Assembly (NCBI GenBank): GCA_945889565.1
Contig: CAMDBZ010000001.1
Location: 1 to 32,513, forward strand
Source of the DNA: Thermoflexus hugenholtzii JAD2
GTDB lineage: Bacteria > Chloroflexota > Dehalococcoidia > UBA2979
DNA length: 32,513 nucleotides
Reading direction: 5' to 3'
In this document: piece by piece, positions 23,565-31,432 of the stretch
Position numbering within the stretch: position 1 is the stretch's first letter
How the letters are laid out: each line of letters starts with the position of its first letter
Notes under the pieces: model-generated
What the model was told of the DNA's origin: nothing
What the model saw: only the letters and a program-made list of their open reading frames with translations
The model's database searches: none
Program-made: the position numbers and the translations under genes

Positions 23565-24802
23565 CAGTTGCCCTCCCAGCGCGCGAAGACGAGCGCGGAG
23601 TTATGTCCGCCAAGCCCGACCGACGTGCTCATTGCGTGGCGCACTGTAGCGCGCCGCGCGGTGTTGGGCACGTAGTCGAGGTCGCAGTCGGGGTCGGGCG
23701 TGCGGTAGTTGATCGTCGGCGGCACGAGCTGGTGGTGGCACGCGAGCACGGTGATCGCCGCCTCGACTGCACCGGCGGCGCCCATCATGTGGCCGAGCAT
23801 CGACTTCGTCGACGAGACCATGAGTCGGTCCGCGTGCGCGCCGAAGAGCGCGCGGATCGCGCGCGTCTCGACGCGGTCGTTGAGCGGGGTGCTCGTGCCG
23901 TGCGCGTTGATGTAGTCGAGCGTGTCGAGCGCGACGCCGCCGCGCGCGAGCGCGCGCTCCATGGCGCGCCGGATGCCGCGCCCGTCCTCGGCGGCGGCGA
24001 CCATGTCGAAGGCGTCGTTGGAGGTGGCGCTGCCGCTCCACTCGGCGTAGATGCGCGCGCCACGCACGAGCGCGTGATCGAGCGCCTCGAGCACGAGCAC
24101 ACCGGCACCCTCGGAGAGCACGAAGCCGCTGCGATCGCGGTCGAAGGGGCGGCTCGCCTGCGTGGGGTCGGGGTGCTCGGCGAGCGCGCGCATCGCGTGG
24201 AAGCCGGCGTAGTAGATCGGGCGCAGGGGCGCCTCGAAGCCGCCGGCGAGCATCACCTGCGCGTCGCCACGCGCGATCAACTCGGCGGCCTCGCCGATGG
24301 CGGCGCCGCCGGTGCTGCACGCGGCGGTGATGGCGAAGTTCGCGCCGTCCGCGCCGAGCGCGATGGCGACAAGGCCGCTCGCGGTGTCGGGGAGCATGTG
24401 CGCGATGAGGAACGGGCTGACGCGGCGCGGGCCCTTCTCGTCGAGCAGTTGCTGGTTCTCGACGATCAGGTGCGCGCCGCCGATGCCGGAGCCGAGCAGC
24501 ACGCCGACGGCGCCGGGAGGCTCGGCGCGCACGTCGAGCGCGGCGTCGGTGACGGCGAGCTGGGCGGCGGCCATCGCGAGGGCAGAGGAGCGGTCGATGC
24601 GGCGCAGCAGCTTGGGCTCCACCCACGCAGCGGGGTCCCAGTCGTGGAGCTCGCCGGCGATCGGGCAGTCGTAGGCCGAGGCGTCGAAGCTCGTGATGCG
24701 CGCGATGCCGGAGCGCCCGGCGACGAGCGCGTCCCATGTGGAGGGCGCGTCGTTGCCGAGCGGCGTGAGCAGGCCGAGGCCGGTGACGACGACGCGCGGC
24801 AC
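23564..24802 (-). CDS. 3-oxoacyl-ACP synthase II (KAS II), upstream paralogue
   Basis: PRVVVTGLGLLT, active-site Cys in TAACSTGG, His in NAHGTSTPLND and STKSMLGHMMGAAG. I place the start at GTG 24802, 4 nt after the fabD stop. The Ser/Pro-rich track extension to 24901 overlaps fabD and is rejected. Confidence 0.9.
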   Translation of the reverse strand: MPRVVVTGLGLLTPLGNDAPSTWDALVAGRSGIARITSFDASAYDCPIAGELHDWDPAAWVEPKLLRRIDRSSALAMAAAQLAVTDAALDVRAEPPGAVGVLLGSGIGGAHLIVENQQLLDEKGPRRVSPFLIAHMLPDTASGLVAIALGADGANFAITAACSTGGAAIGEAAELIARGDAQVMLAGGFEAPLRPIYYAGFHAMRALAEHPDPTQASRPFDRDRSGFVLSEGAGVLVLEALDHALVRGARIYAEWSGSATSNDAFDMVAAAEDGRGIRRAMERALARGGVALDTLDYINAHGTSTPLNDRVETRAIRALFGAHADRLMVSSTKSMLGHMMGAAGAVEAAITVLACHHQLVPPTINYRTPDPDCDLDYVPNTARRATVRHAMSTSVGLGGHNSALVFARWEGN

Positions 24803-24806
24803 CGCG

Positions 24807-25844
24807 CTATCGGGGCGCGGGCTCGGGGGGGAGGGCTGAGATCGGGATCGGGTCGATGCGGGCGTCGTCGAGCGAGACGGCGACGAGGCGATCCGAGACA
24901 CGCTTCACGAGGCGGGCGAGCACGTGGCCGGGGCCGACCTCGACGAAGGTGTCGACACCCTGCGCGGCCATGCGTTGCACGTTGGCCTGCCAGTACACGG
25001 GCGAGCGTAGCTGCTCCTCGAACTCGCGGCGGACCTCGGCGGCGGTGCGCAGCAGCTCGGACGTGCGATTGGAGACGATGGGGCGGACGGGGTCACGCAG
25101 CGGGACTTCGCGGATGATCTGCGCGAACTCGTGGGCCTGTTCGAAGTGCAGCGGGGTGTGGCTGGAGACGCGCACCTTCAGCTGGATCACCTTCGCCTGC
25201 AGCGTGCGGGCGCGCTCCATCGCGCGCTCGAGCGCGCTGATGTCGCCGGAGATGACGGTCTGCGTGTCGAGGTTGTGGTTTGCGACGTCGACGCGGTCGG
25301 CGGGCGAGCGCGTAGCCTGCTCGCAGATCTCCTGCACGGTGGCGGTGTCGAGGCCGATGATCGAGGCCATGCCCACGGGGCGCTGCTGGTTCAGGTTGCT
25401 CATCAGCCGCGAGCGCTCGATCACCACGAGCAGGGCGTCGCGGAAGCTCATCGCCTCGGCGGCGACGGCGGCCGAGAAGAGGCCGAGGGAGTGGCCGCCG
25501 AAGACGCGCGGGCGCACGAGGCGGCCAACCTCAGCGAGCTTCTCGCGCATGGCGCCGACGATGGCGACAGAGGTGGTGAGCACGGCGGGCTGAGTGAAGG
25601 TGGTCTCGGACAGCGCTTCGGCGGACGAGTCGAAGCAGATCGCGGCGATGTCCAGGCCGGTGACGTCGCTTGCTTCCTCGAAGGTGCGACGCGCGGCCTC
25701 GGAGTGGGCGTGCACGAGGCGGCCCATGCCGGGGGCCTGGGAGCCCTGCCCGGGGAAGATCAGGGCGAGGGCATCGGTGTCGTCAGTCGGGCCGTCCTCG
25801 CCCTGCGAGGCGTTCAGCCGGGGGTCCAGCGCGGTGTCGTTCAC
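24807..25844 (-). CDS. fabD: malonyl CoA-ACP transacylase
   Basis: LIFPGQGSQAPGMG, active-site GHSLGLFSA, VSSHTPL. GTG 25844 has GGAGG about 10 nt upstream. There is an N-terminal extension of about 25 aa before the conserved FPGQGSQ. Confidence 0.92.
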   Translation of the reverse strand: MNDTALDPRLNASQGEDGPTDDTDALALIFPGQGSQAPGMGRLVHAHSEAARRTFEEASDVTGLDIAAICFDSSAEALSETTFTQPAVLTTSVAIVGAMREKLAEVGRLVRPRVFGGHSLGLFSAAVAAEAMSFRDALLVVIERSRLMSNLNQQRPVGMASIIGLDTATVQEICEQATRSPADRVDVANHNLDTQTVISGDISALERAMERARTLQAKVIQLKVRVSSHTPLHFEQAHEFAQIIREVPLRDPVRPIVSNRTSELLRTAAEVRREFEEQLRSPVYWQANVQRMAAQGVDTFVEVGPGHVLARLVKRVSDRLVAVSLDDARIDPIPISALPPEPAPR

Positions 25845-25892
25845 GGCTGCGGGGCCTCCTGAGCCCCTCGGCGTCCCGCCTCGCCGCTCTCC

Positions 25893-25901
25893 ATGCTACC
25901 A
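25893..25901 (-). promoter_or_regulatory. possible extended -10 element (TGGTAGCAT) for the fabD-KAS-KAS transcript
   Basis: The reverse complement of ATGCTACCA reads TGGTAGCAT and lies about 49 nt upstream of the fabD start. No convincing -35 element was found. Confidence 0.25.
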
Positions 25902-25922
25902 GAGTTGGCCGCACGAACGAGC

Positions 25923-27482
25923 CTAGGGGGCGTCGAGGGTTTTGCGCGCGTCTGGGAGCGCGCGGAGCAGGTCCTGGGCCAGGCCGGCGGCGGCCCCGTA
26001 CTCGGCGGCGACCATGGCGGCGGATTCGCCGTGCAGGTAGACGGCGGCGGTGGCCGCGTCGAAGGGGTCCGCGCCCTGGGCGACGAGACCGACGATGAGG
26101 CCGGCGAGCACGTCGCCGGTGCCGCCGTGGGCGAGCATCGGGTTGGCGACCGAGGAGAGCCGCGCGCGCCCGTCGGGGGCGGCGACGATGGTGCACGCGC
26201 CCTTGAGCACGACCACGGAGCGCGTGGCCTGCGCGTAGCGCGTGGCGCAGTCGAGGCGGTTGGCCTGCACGTCGTCGGCGGTGCGGCCGAGCAGGCGCGC
26301 CATCTCGCCGGGGTGCGGAGTGAGGATGCACGGGGCGGCGAAACGCTCGTGCCAGCCGGGTTCGTCGGCGAGCGCGTTGAGCGCGTCGGCGTCGAGCACC
26401 ACGGCGTTGAGGCCGGGCACGCCATCGAGGCCGGCGAGCAGCGTGCGCACGAACTCGCGGCTGGCGGGTGTGAGGTCGAGGCCGGGCCCGACGAGCAGCG
26501 CGCTCGCGCCAGGGAGCGCGCGCAGCAACGCCCGCGCGCCGTCGGCGTTCAGCACGCCGTCGGTGTCCGGGAGCGGCTCGTGGGTGGCGTCCCGGAAGTA
26601 TGTGAGCAGCGGCTGCGCCGAGGCGGGGGCGGCGATCGTGGTGAGGCCGGCGCCGGCGCGAGCGCAGGCCTCGGCGGCGAGCACGGCCGCGCCGGGGTAG
26701 CGGCGCGAGCCGGCGGCGAGCACGGCGCGGCCGAAGCTGCCCTTGTGGGCGTCGAGCGGACGCGGCGGCGCGGCGCGCTGCGCGGCGCGGAGGTCGATCT
26801 CGTCGTACGGCAGGTCGGGGCCGAGGTCGTCCGGGATGCCGATGTCGACGCGGACCACCTGGCCGCCGAGCATGCGCGCGGGGAACTGGAACATGCCGAT
26901 CTTCGCGTAGCCGAAGCAGAGCGTGAGGTCCGCGCCGACGGTGTGTGGGTCGGCGCGGCCGGTGTCGGCGTCGATGCCGGTGGGCACGTCGAGCGCGATG
27001 ATCTGAAAGCGGCGGCTGCGGCGGGTGCGGATGGCGCCCAGGTGATCGAGGATCGCGGCCAGGTCGCCCTCGATGGGGCGATGCGCGCCGATGCCGAGCA
27101 GCGCGTCGAGCACGCCGGCCGTGCGTTCGAGCATCTCGTCGAGGTGCGCGAGCCCCGGGTCGTCCGCGACGGTGCTCACGACCACGCCGGCTTCGAGCGC
27201 GAGCTGCAGCGCCGGGTCGTCGGCGGGACGAGGGGCGAGCAGGTAGGCGTGGACGTCGGCCTCGTAGTCGCGCAGGTTGGCGGCGGCGATCAGGCCGTCG
27301 CCGCCGTTGTTGCCGGGTCCGACGAGCACGACGACGAGCCGCTCCTCGAGCTGGCCGAACGCGAGCCATGTTTCCTGCGCGGTAGCAAGGCCCGCGGAGT
27401 TCATGAGCGCCCACTCGGTCTTGCCGCGGGCGACAGCCTCGGCCTCGAGCGCGTGCATCTGGGCGGTGGTGACGAGCTTCAT
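25923..27482 (-). CDS. nnr: bifunctional NAD(P)H-hydrate repair enzyme (epimerase / ADP-dependent dehydratase)
   Basis: The N-terminal YjeF_N domain has LVGPGNNGGDGL. The C-terminal carbohydrate-kinase-like domain has LVGPGL and GGTGDVLAG. ATG 27482 overlaps the acpS stop (ATGA). Confidence 0.9.
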   Translation of the reverse strand: MKLVTTAQMHALEAEAVARGKTEWALMNSAGLATAQETWLAFGQLEERLVVVLVGPGNNGGDGLIAAANLRDYEADVHAYLLAPRPADDPALQLALEAGVVVSTVADDPGLAHLDEMLERTAGVLDALLGIGAHRPIEGDLAAILDHLGAIRTRRSRRFQIIALDVPTGIDADTGRADPHTVGADLTLCFGYAKIGMFQFPARMLGGQVVRVDIGIPDDLGPDLPYDEIDLRAAQRAAPPRPLDAHKGSFGRAVLAAGSRRYPGAAVLAAEACARAGAGLTTIAAPASAQPLLTYFRDATHEPLPDTDGVLNADGARALLRALPGASALLVGPGLDLTPASREFVRTLLAGLDGVPGLNAVVLDADALNALADEPGWHERFAAPCILTPHPGEMARLLGRTADDVQANRLDCATRYAQATRSVVVLKGACTIVAAPDGRARLSSVANPMLAHGGTGDVLAGLIVGLVAQGADPFDAATAAVYLHGESAAMVAAEYGAAAGLAQDLLRALPDARKTLDAP

Positions 27483-27922
27483 GCGAGCCGCCCGCGGGCG
27501 CGCATCCAGCCGACGAGCCGCTCGCGCGCCTCGGCGGGGTCCTGCTCGCGGTGCGCCTGCGCGCAGACGACGACGGCGACGGCGAACGAGGCGAGGTGGC
27601 TCAGCGACACGTCGATGGCGTCGAGGCCGATCAGGGCGGCGCGCTCCGCGGCGCCGCCGGTGAGGTAGACGAGCGGCTTGCCGCGGCGGTCGGGCAGCAC
27701 CTCGATGTCGCGCCACGCGACGGAGCGGGCGCCAGTGCCGAGGGCTTTCATGACGGCCTCCTTGGCGGCGAAGCGCGCGGCGAGCTCCGGGACGCGACCG
27801 CGGCAGAACGCAGCCTCGGCGGGCGTGAAGACGCGGTCGATGAAGCGCTCCGGGTGGCGTGCGAGCACGCTCCGCACGCGATCGATCTCGATCATGTCGA
27901 CGCCGACGGCGTGGGTGCTCAC
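27479..27922 (-). CDS. acpS: holo-ACP synthase (4'-phosphopantetheinyl transferase)
   Basis: VGVDMIEIDRV, ERFIDRVFTPAE, RFAAKEAVMKALG, GKPLV, SLSH. The start is placed at GTG 27922. The upstream part of the 499-aa track ORF is an Arg/His-rich artefact antisense to folD. Confidence 0.85.
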   Translation of the reverse strand: MSTHAVGVDMIEIDRVRSVLARHPERFIDRVFTPAEAAFCRGRVPELAARFAAKEAVMKALGTGARSVAWRDIEVLPDRRGKPLVYLTGGAAERAALIGLDAIDVSLSHLASFAVAVVVCAQAHREQDPAEARERLVGWMRARGRLA

Positions 27923-27930
27923 GAGGCGCG

Positions 27931-27939
27931 ATTCTAGCA
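27931..27939 (-). promoter_or_regulatory. extended -10 element TGCTAGAAT, 8 nt upstream of the acpS GTG (leaderless transcript candidate)
   Basis: The reverse complement of ATTCTAGCA (27931-27939) reads TGCTAGAAT. Only CGCGCCTC separates it from the GTG at 27922, and there is no SD. Confidence 0.4.
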
Positions 27940-27951
27940 CGGAGCGCCGCC

Positions 27952-27957
27952 TATACT
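27952..27957 (+). promoter_or_regulatory. -10 element TATACT, 7 nt upstream of the folD GTG (leaderless transcript candidate)
   Basis: TATACT (27952-27957) is followed by CGGCGGC and then GTG at 27965. There is no SD and no room for a 5' UTR. Confidence 0.35.
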
Positions 27958-27964
27958 CGGCGGC

Positions 27965-28864
27965 GTGACAGCGCGGATCATCGATGGCAACGCGATTGCG
28001 GCGGCGGTGCGTGCGGAGGTGGCGGCCGCGGTCCAGGCGCACGCCGCGCGCGGAGGTCGGCCGCCGCACCTGACGGCGGTGCTGGTGGGCGACGACCCGG
28101 CGTCGGCGACCTACGTGCGCAACAAGGCGGCAGCCTGCGCCGAGGTCGGCATGTCGACGGACACCGTGCGGCTGCCCGCCGACGCCTCGCAGGCGCAGGT
28201 GCTGGCCGAGGTGGCACGGCTGAACGCCGACGCGGGCGTCTCCGGCATCCTCGTGCAGACGCCGCTGCCGCCGCAGGTGGACGAGCTGGTCGTGATGTGC
28301 GCGCTCGACCCCGCGAAGGACGTCGATGGGCTGCACCCGCAGAGCCTCGGCCGGCTCGTGCAGGGGGCGCCAGGGCTGGTGCCGTGCACGCCGGCGGCGG
28401 TGCAGCAGCTGCTGTTGCGCTCGGGCATCGACCCGGCGGGGGCGCGCGTGGTGATCGTCGGGCGGTCGATGCTGGTCGGGAAGCCGCTCGCGCTGCTGCT
28501 GGCGAACAAGGCGGCGGGCGGCAACGCGACGGTGACGATCGCGCACACCGCCACGCGGGACCTGGGCGCGGTGACGCGGGAGGCGGAGATCCTGGTGGCG
28601 GCGGTGGGCCGGCCGGGCACGATCACGGCGGCGATGGTGCGGCCGGGCGCGACGGTGATCGACGTGGGCATCAACCGCGTGGCGGCGCCCGAGCGCAAGA
28701 GCGGCTTTCGGCTCGTCGGCGACGTGGACTACGACGCCGTGGCCGCGGTGGCCGGGGCGATCACGCCGGTGCCGGGCGGGGTGGGCCCGATGACGGTCGC
28801 GATGCTGCTCGCCAACACGCTGCGCGCGGAGCAGGACGCGGGGGGCGCGCGCGTGCGAACATAG
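27965..28864 (+). CDS. folD: bifunctional methylenetetrahydrofolate dehydrogenase / methenyltetrahydrofolate cyclohydrolase
   Basis: IIDGNAIAA, LVGDDPASATYVRNK, GILVQTPLP, GRSMLVGKP, PVPGGVGPMT. Confidence 0.93.
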   Translation: MTARIIDGNAIAAAVRAEVAAAVQAHAARGGRPPHLTAVLVGDDPASATYVRNKAAACAEVGMSTDTVRLPADASQAQVLAEVARLNADAGVSGILVQTPLPPQVDELVVMCALDPAKDVDGLHPQSLGRLVQGAPGLVPCTPAAVQQLLLRSGIDPAGARVVIVGRSMLVGKPLALLLANKAAGGNATVTIAHTATRDLGAVTREAEILVAAVGRPGTITAAMVRPGATVIDVGINRVAAPERKSGFRLVGDVDYDAVAAVAGAITPVPGGVGPMTVAMLLANTLRAEQDAGGARVRT

Positions 28865-28870
28865 CGCGTG

Positions 28871-30005
28871 ATGGACGAGCTCCAACAACGCATCGCGGAA
28901 CTGCTCGCGCGGGTGCGGGACGTTCAGGTGCGACTTTGACCTCCCTACGCGGGAGCGGGAGCTAGCACAGCTCCGCATTCAGACCGCCGACCCCGACCTG
29001 TGGAACGACCAGCGGCGCGCGCAGAAGCTGCTGCGCGAGGCGTCGCGCATCGAATCGCTGGTCACGACGTGGCACGGGCTCGAACGCGGGCTCGAGGAGG
29101 CGCAGGAGCTCGCGGCGCTGGGCGCCGAGGCGAGCGAGGCGGAGCGCGCGGGGCTGCAGGCGGACCTCGAACGCGAGCTGGCGGAGGCGACGGCGACGTT
29201 CGCCGGGCTCGAGCTCGCACTCACGCTCGGCGGTCCGTACGACGACCACAACGCGGTGCTGGACGTGCACGCGGGCGCAGGTGGCACCGAGGCGCAGGAC
29301 TGGGCGGAGATGCTGCTGCGCATGTACCTGCGCTGGGCAGAGCAACGGGGCTTGAGCGCCGAGATCCTGTCGATCAGCAGCGGCGAGGAGGCGGGCATCA
29401 AGTCGGTCAGCATCCGCATCGCCGGGGAGAACGCGTACGGGCTGCTGCGGTCGGAGCGCGGGGTGCACCGGCTGGTGCGCATCTCGCCGTTCGACGCGGC
29501 GCACGGCCGGCACACAAGCTTCGCGCTGGTGGAGGTGGTGCCGGAGATCGTGCAGGACGAGGCGGAGATCGAGATCCGGCCGGAGGAACTGCGCATCGAT
29601 ACGTTCCGCGCGAGCGGGCACGGCGGGCAGAACGTGCAGAAGAACGACACGGCGGTGCGCATCACGCACCTCGCGTCCGGGATCGTGGTGACGTGCCAGA
29701 ACGAGCGCTCGCAGTCGCGCAACCGCGAGGTGGCGATGCAGGTGCTGATCTCGCGGCTGCTCGAGAAGGAGCTGGAGCGGCAGGAGGCGGAGCGGCTGGC
29801 CCTCAAGGGCGTGCACGTCGAGGCGGGCTGGGGGAACCAGATCCGATCGTACGTGCTCCATCCGTACAGAATGGTGAAGGACGTGCGCACCGGCCTGGAG
29901 AGCAGCGACCCGACCGCAGTGCTGGACGGACGGCTGGACGACTTCATGAGCGCGTATCTGCGGCACCAGGTGGGGCCCGGCGCGACGGAGGGGATGGCAG
30001 GCTGA
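28871..30005 (+). CDS. prfB: peptide chain release factor 2, requiring a programmed +1 ribosomal frameshift at 28934-28940
   Basis: Frame 0 reads ATG 28871 MDELQQRIAELLARVRDVQVRL, then in-frame TGA at 28937-28939. The +1 frame from GAC 28938 continues DLPTRERELAQLRIQTADPDLWNDQRRAQKLL and joins the track ORF 29256-30005. That ORF carries SPF (RISPFD) and GGQ (SGHGGQNVQK). Confidence 0.9.
28926..28940 (+). promoter_or_regulatory. prfB +1 frameshift site: internal SD-like AGGTG, 3-nt spacer, CTT TGA C
   Basis: AGGTG CGA CTT TGA C has the same architecture as the E. coli prfB site AGGGGG TAT CTT TGA C. Confidence 0.85.
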
Positions 30006-31432
30006 TGCCTCGAACGTGGGCTGGGAGCGGCGGCGCGCTGGCCGTCGTCGCGCTGGTCGTGGTCGCGGCAAGCGTGGCGCTGGCGCTGGTGGCGGCGCCG
30101 CCCCGCGTGGGGCAGGCGCAGGCGCAGGCGGGGGCGCAGGCGCCGCAGGTGACGCAGTCGGCGGTGACCTCGAAGGACCCGAGCGCGATCACGTTCTCGC
30201 TGCGCGTGGCGGCGCCGGGCGGGGTGAAGAGCGCGAAGCTCGACTACCAGGTGAAGAACCCGGACGGCGCGGTGGGCGGCAGCGGCGCGGCGCAGGTGTC
30301 CCCCGGCGCCGAGGTGGACCTGAGCTTCACGCTGACCACGCGCGACAACACGCGCTACATCCCGGTGGGCTCGCAGTTCGGCTACCGCTGGGAGATCGAG
30401 ACGAACGACGGCGCGAAGACGACCACGCCGGAGGCGACGTACCTGTTCCTCGATGGGCGCTACCAGTGGCGGAGCCAGAGCGACGCGAACGTGTCGGTGT
30501 ACTGGTACGGCAACAACGAGACGGCGGCCCAGGCGGCGCTGCAGGCGACGCGCACGGCACTCGAGGCGACGAGCAAGCTGCTCGAGGCGCAGGTGGACTA
30601 TCCAGTGCGCGTGCTCGTGTGGCGCTCGGAGGAGGACGGGAAGCTCGCGATGCGGCAGCAGAGCGCGAGCTTCGACGCGCAGGTGCGCACGGGCGGGCAG
30701 CGCGTGGCGCCGGACGTGCTGTTCGTGTTCGACAACGTGCCGGACGTGGTGCGGCACGAGGCGGCGCACATCGTGACGCACATCGCTGGCGACGGGCCGT
30801 TCATCGGGCTGCCGTCGTGGCTGGACGAGGGCACCGCGGTGTACATGCAGCAGGATCCGGGGCCGGGCTACCGAGCGGGGCTGGGCGCGGCGATCCTGGC
30901 CGACCGCACGCAATCGCTGCGCTCGATGCAGTCTGCGGCGTCACGGCCGGGCGAGGTCGACGTGTTCTACGGGCAGTCGTGGTCGACGGTGAAGTACCTC
31001 ATCGACGAGTACGGGCAGCCGAAGTTCGCGCAGCTGTTCCGCACGATCAACGGCGGCGCGCGGCCGGACGACGCGCTGCGCACGGTGTACGGGCTGGACC
31101 AGGACGCGTTGTACAACGCGTGGCGGCAGAAGAACGGGCTGGCGCCCGTGGCCGCGAGCGGACCGAGCGGCGGGAGCGGCCAGGCGGCGGCGGAGGGCAC
31201 GCGCGCGCCGCTGAGCATCCCCACATCGAGCGCCGGCAACCAGTCGGGGCAGTCCGGCGAGAGCGGGCAGAGCGGCCAGACGGGCGAGCAGGGGCAGGCG
31301 GCGGGCGACGAATCGAGCGGCTCGAACGCGACGGGCGCGGTGCTGATGCTGGTGGCGACACTCGGGCTCGCGGGCCTGCTGGGCGCGGGCGGGTTCTGGA
31401 TGTACCGCGGACGCGGGCGCGCGGGCAGCTAG
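30005..31432 (+). CDS. membrane-anchored MA-clan zinc metallopeptidase-like protein (HEXXH...E)
   Basis: ATG 30005 overlaps the prfB stop (TGATG). The N-terminal signal/TM is ALAVVALVVVAASVALALVAA. HEAAH lies in VVRHEAAHIVTH, with WLDEGTAVY about 20 aa downstream (gluzincin third ligand). A low-complexity SGQSGESGQSGQTGEQGQ linker and a C-terminal TM (VLMLVATLGLAGLLGAGGFWMY) follow. Confidence 0.7.
   Translation: MPRTWAGSGGALAVVALVVVAASVALALVAAPPRVGQAQAQAGAQAPQVTQSAVTSKDPSAITFSLRVAAPGGVKSAKLDYQVKNPDGAVGGSGAAQVSPGAEVDLSFTLTTRDNTRYIPVGSQFGYRWEIETNDGAKTTTPEATYLFLDGRYQWRSQSDANVSVYWYGNNETAAQAALQATRTALEATSKLLEAQVDYPVRVLVWRSEEDGKLAMRQQSASFDAQVRTGGQRVAPDVLFVFDNVPDVVRHEAAHIVTHIAGDGPFIGLPSWLDEGTAVYMQQDPGPGYRAGLGAAILADRTQSLRSMQSAASRPGEVDVFYGQSWSTVKYLIDEYGQPKFAQLFRTINGGARPDDALRTVYGLDQDALYNAWRQKNGLAPVAASGPSGGSGQAAAEGTRAPLSIPTSSAGNQSGQSGESGQSGQTGEQGQAAGDESSGSNATGAVLMLVATLGLAGLLGAGGFWMYRGRGRAGS

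Noticed and set aside
22287-24802. Idea that the tandem ketosynthases are a type II PKS KS-alpha/CLF pair
   Set aside because: Both proteins keep the active-site Cys and both His residues, whereas a CLF has Gln instead of Cys. No ACP, cyclase or ketoreductase genes are adjacent.
24803-24901. N-terminal extension of the upstream KAS gene overlapping fabD by 95 nt
   Set aside because: The extension is Ser/Pro/Thr/Arg-rich and unlike KAS N-termini. GTG 24802 lies directly before the conserved PRVVVTGLG motif and 4 nt after the fabD stop.
22147-27668. Multiple long alternative-frame ORFs over the KAS/fabD/nnr genes (for example 22147-23460, 22440-23675, 23558-25117, 23601-24737, 25783-27414, 25893-27668)
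   Set aside because: All are Arg/Ala/Gly/Pro low complexity in frames that overlap genes with clear catalytic motifs.
28979-30913. 644-aa minus-strand ORF and the N-terminal 335 aa of plus-strand ORF 29000-31432
   Set aside because: The minus-strand ORF is antisense to prfB and the peptidase. The plus-strand extension is an off-frame read through prfB. The peptidase start at ATG 30005 gives a proper signal/TM N-terminus.
31230-31300. Short tandem-looking repeats (CAG TCG GGG CAG TCC GGC GAG AGC GGG CAG AGC GGC CAG ...), considered as a possible repeat array
   Set aside because: They lie in frame within the peptidase gene and encode a Gly/Ser/Gln-rich linker. This is low-complexity coding sequence, not a CRISPR or intergenic repeat.
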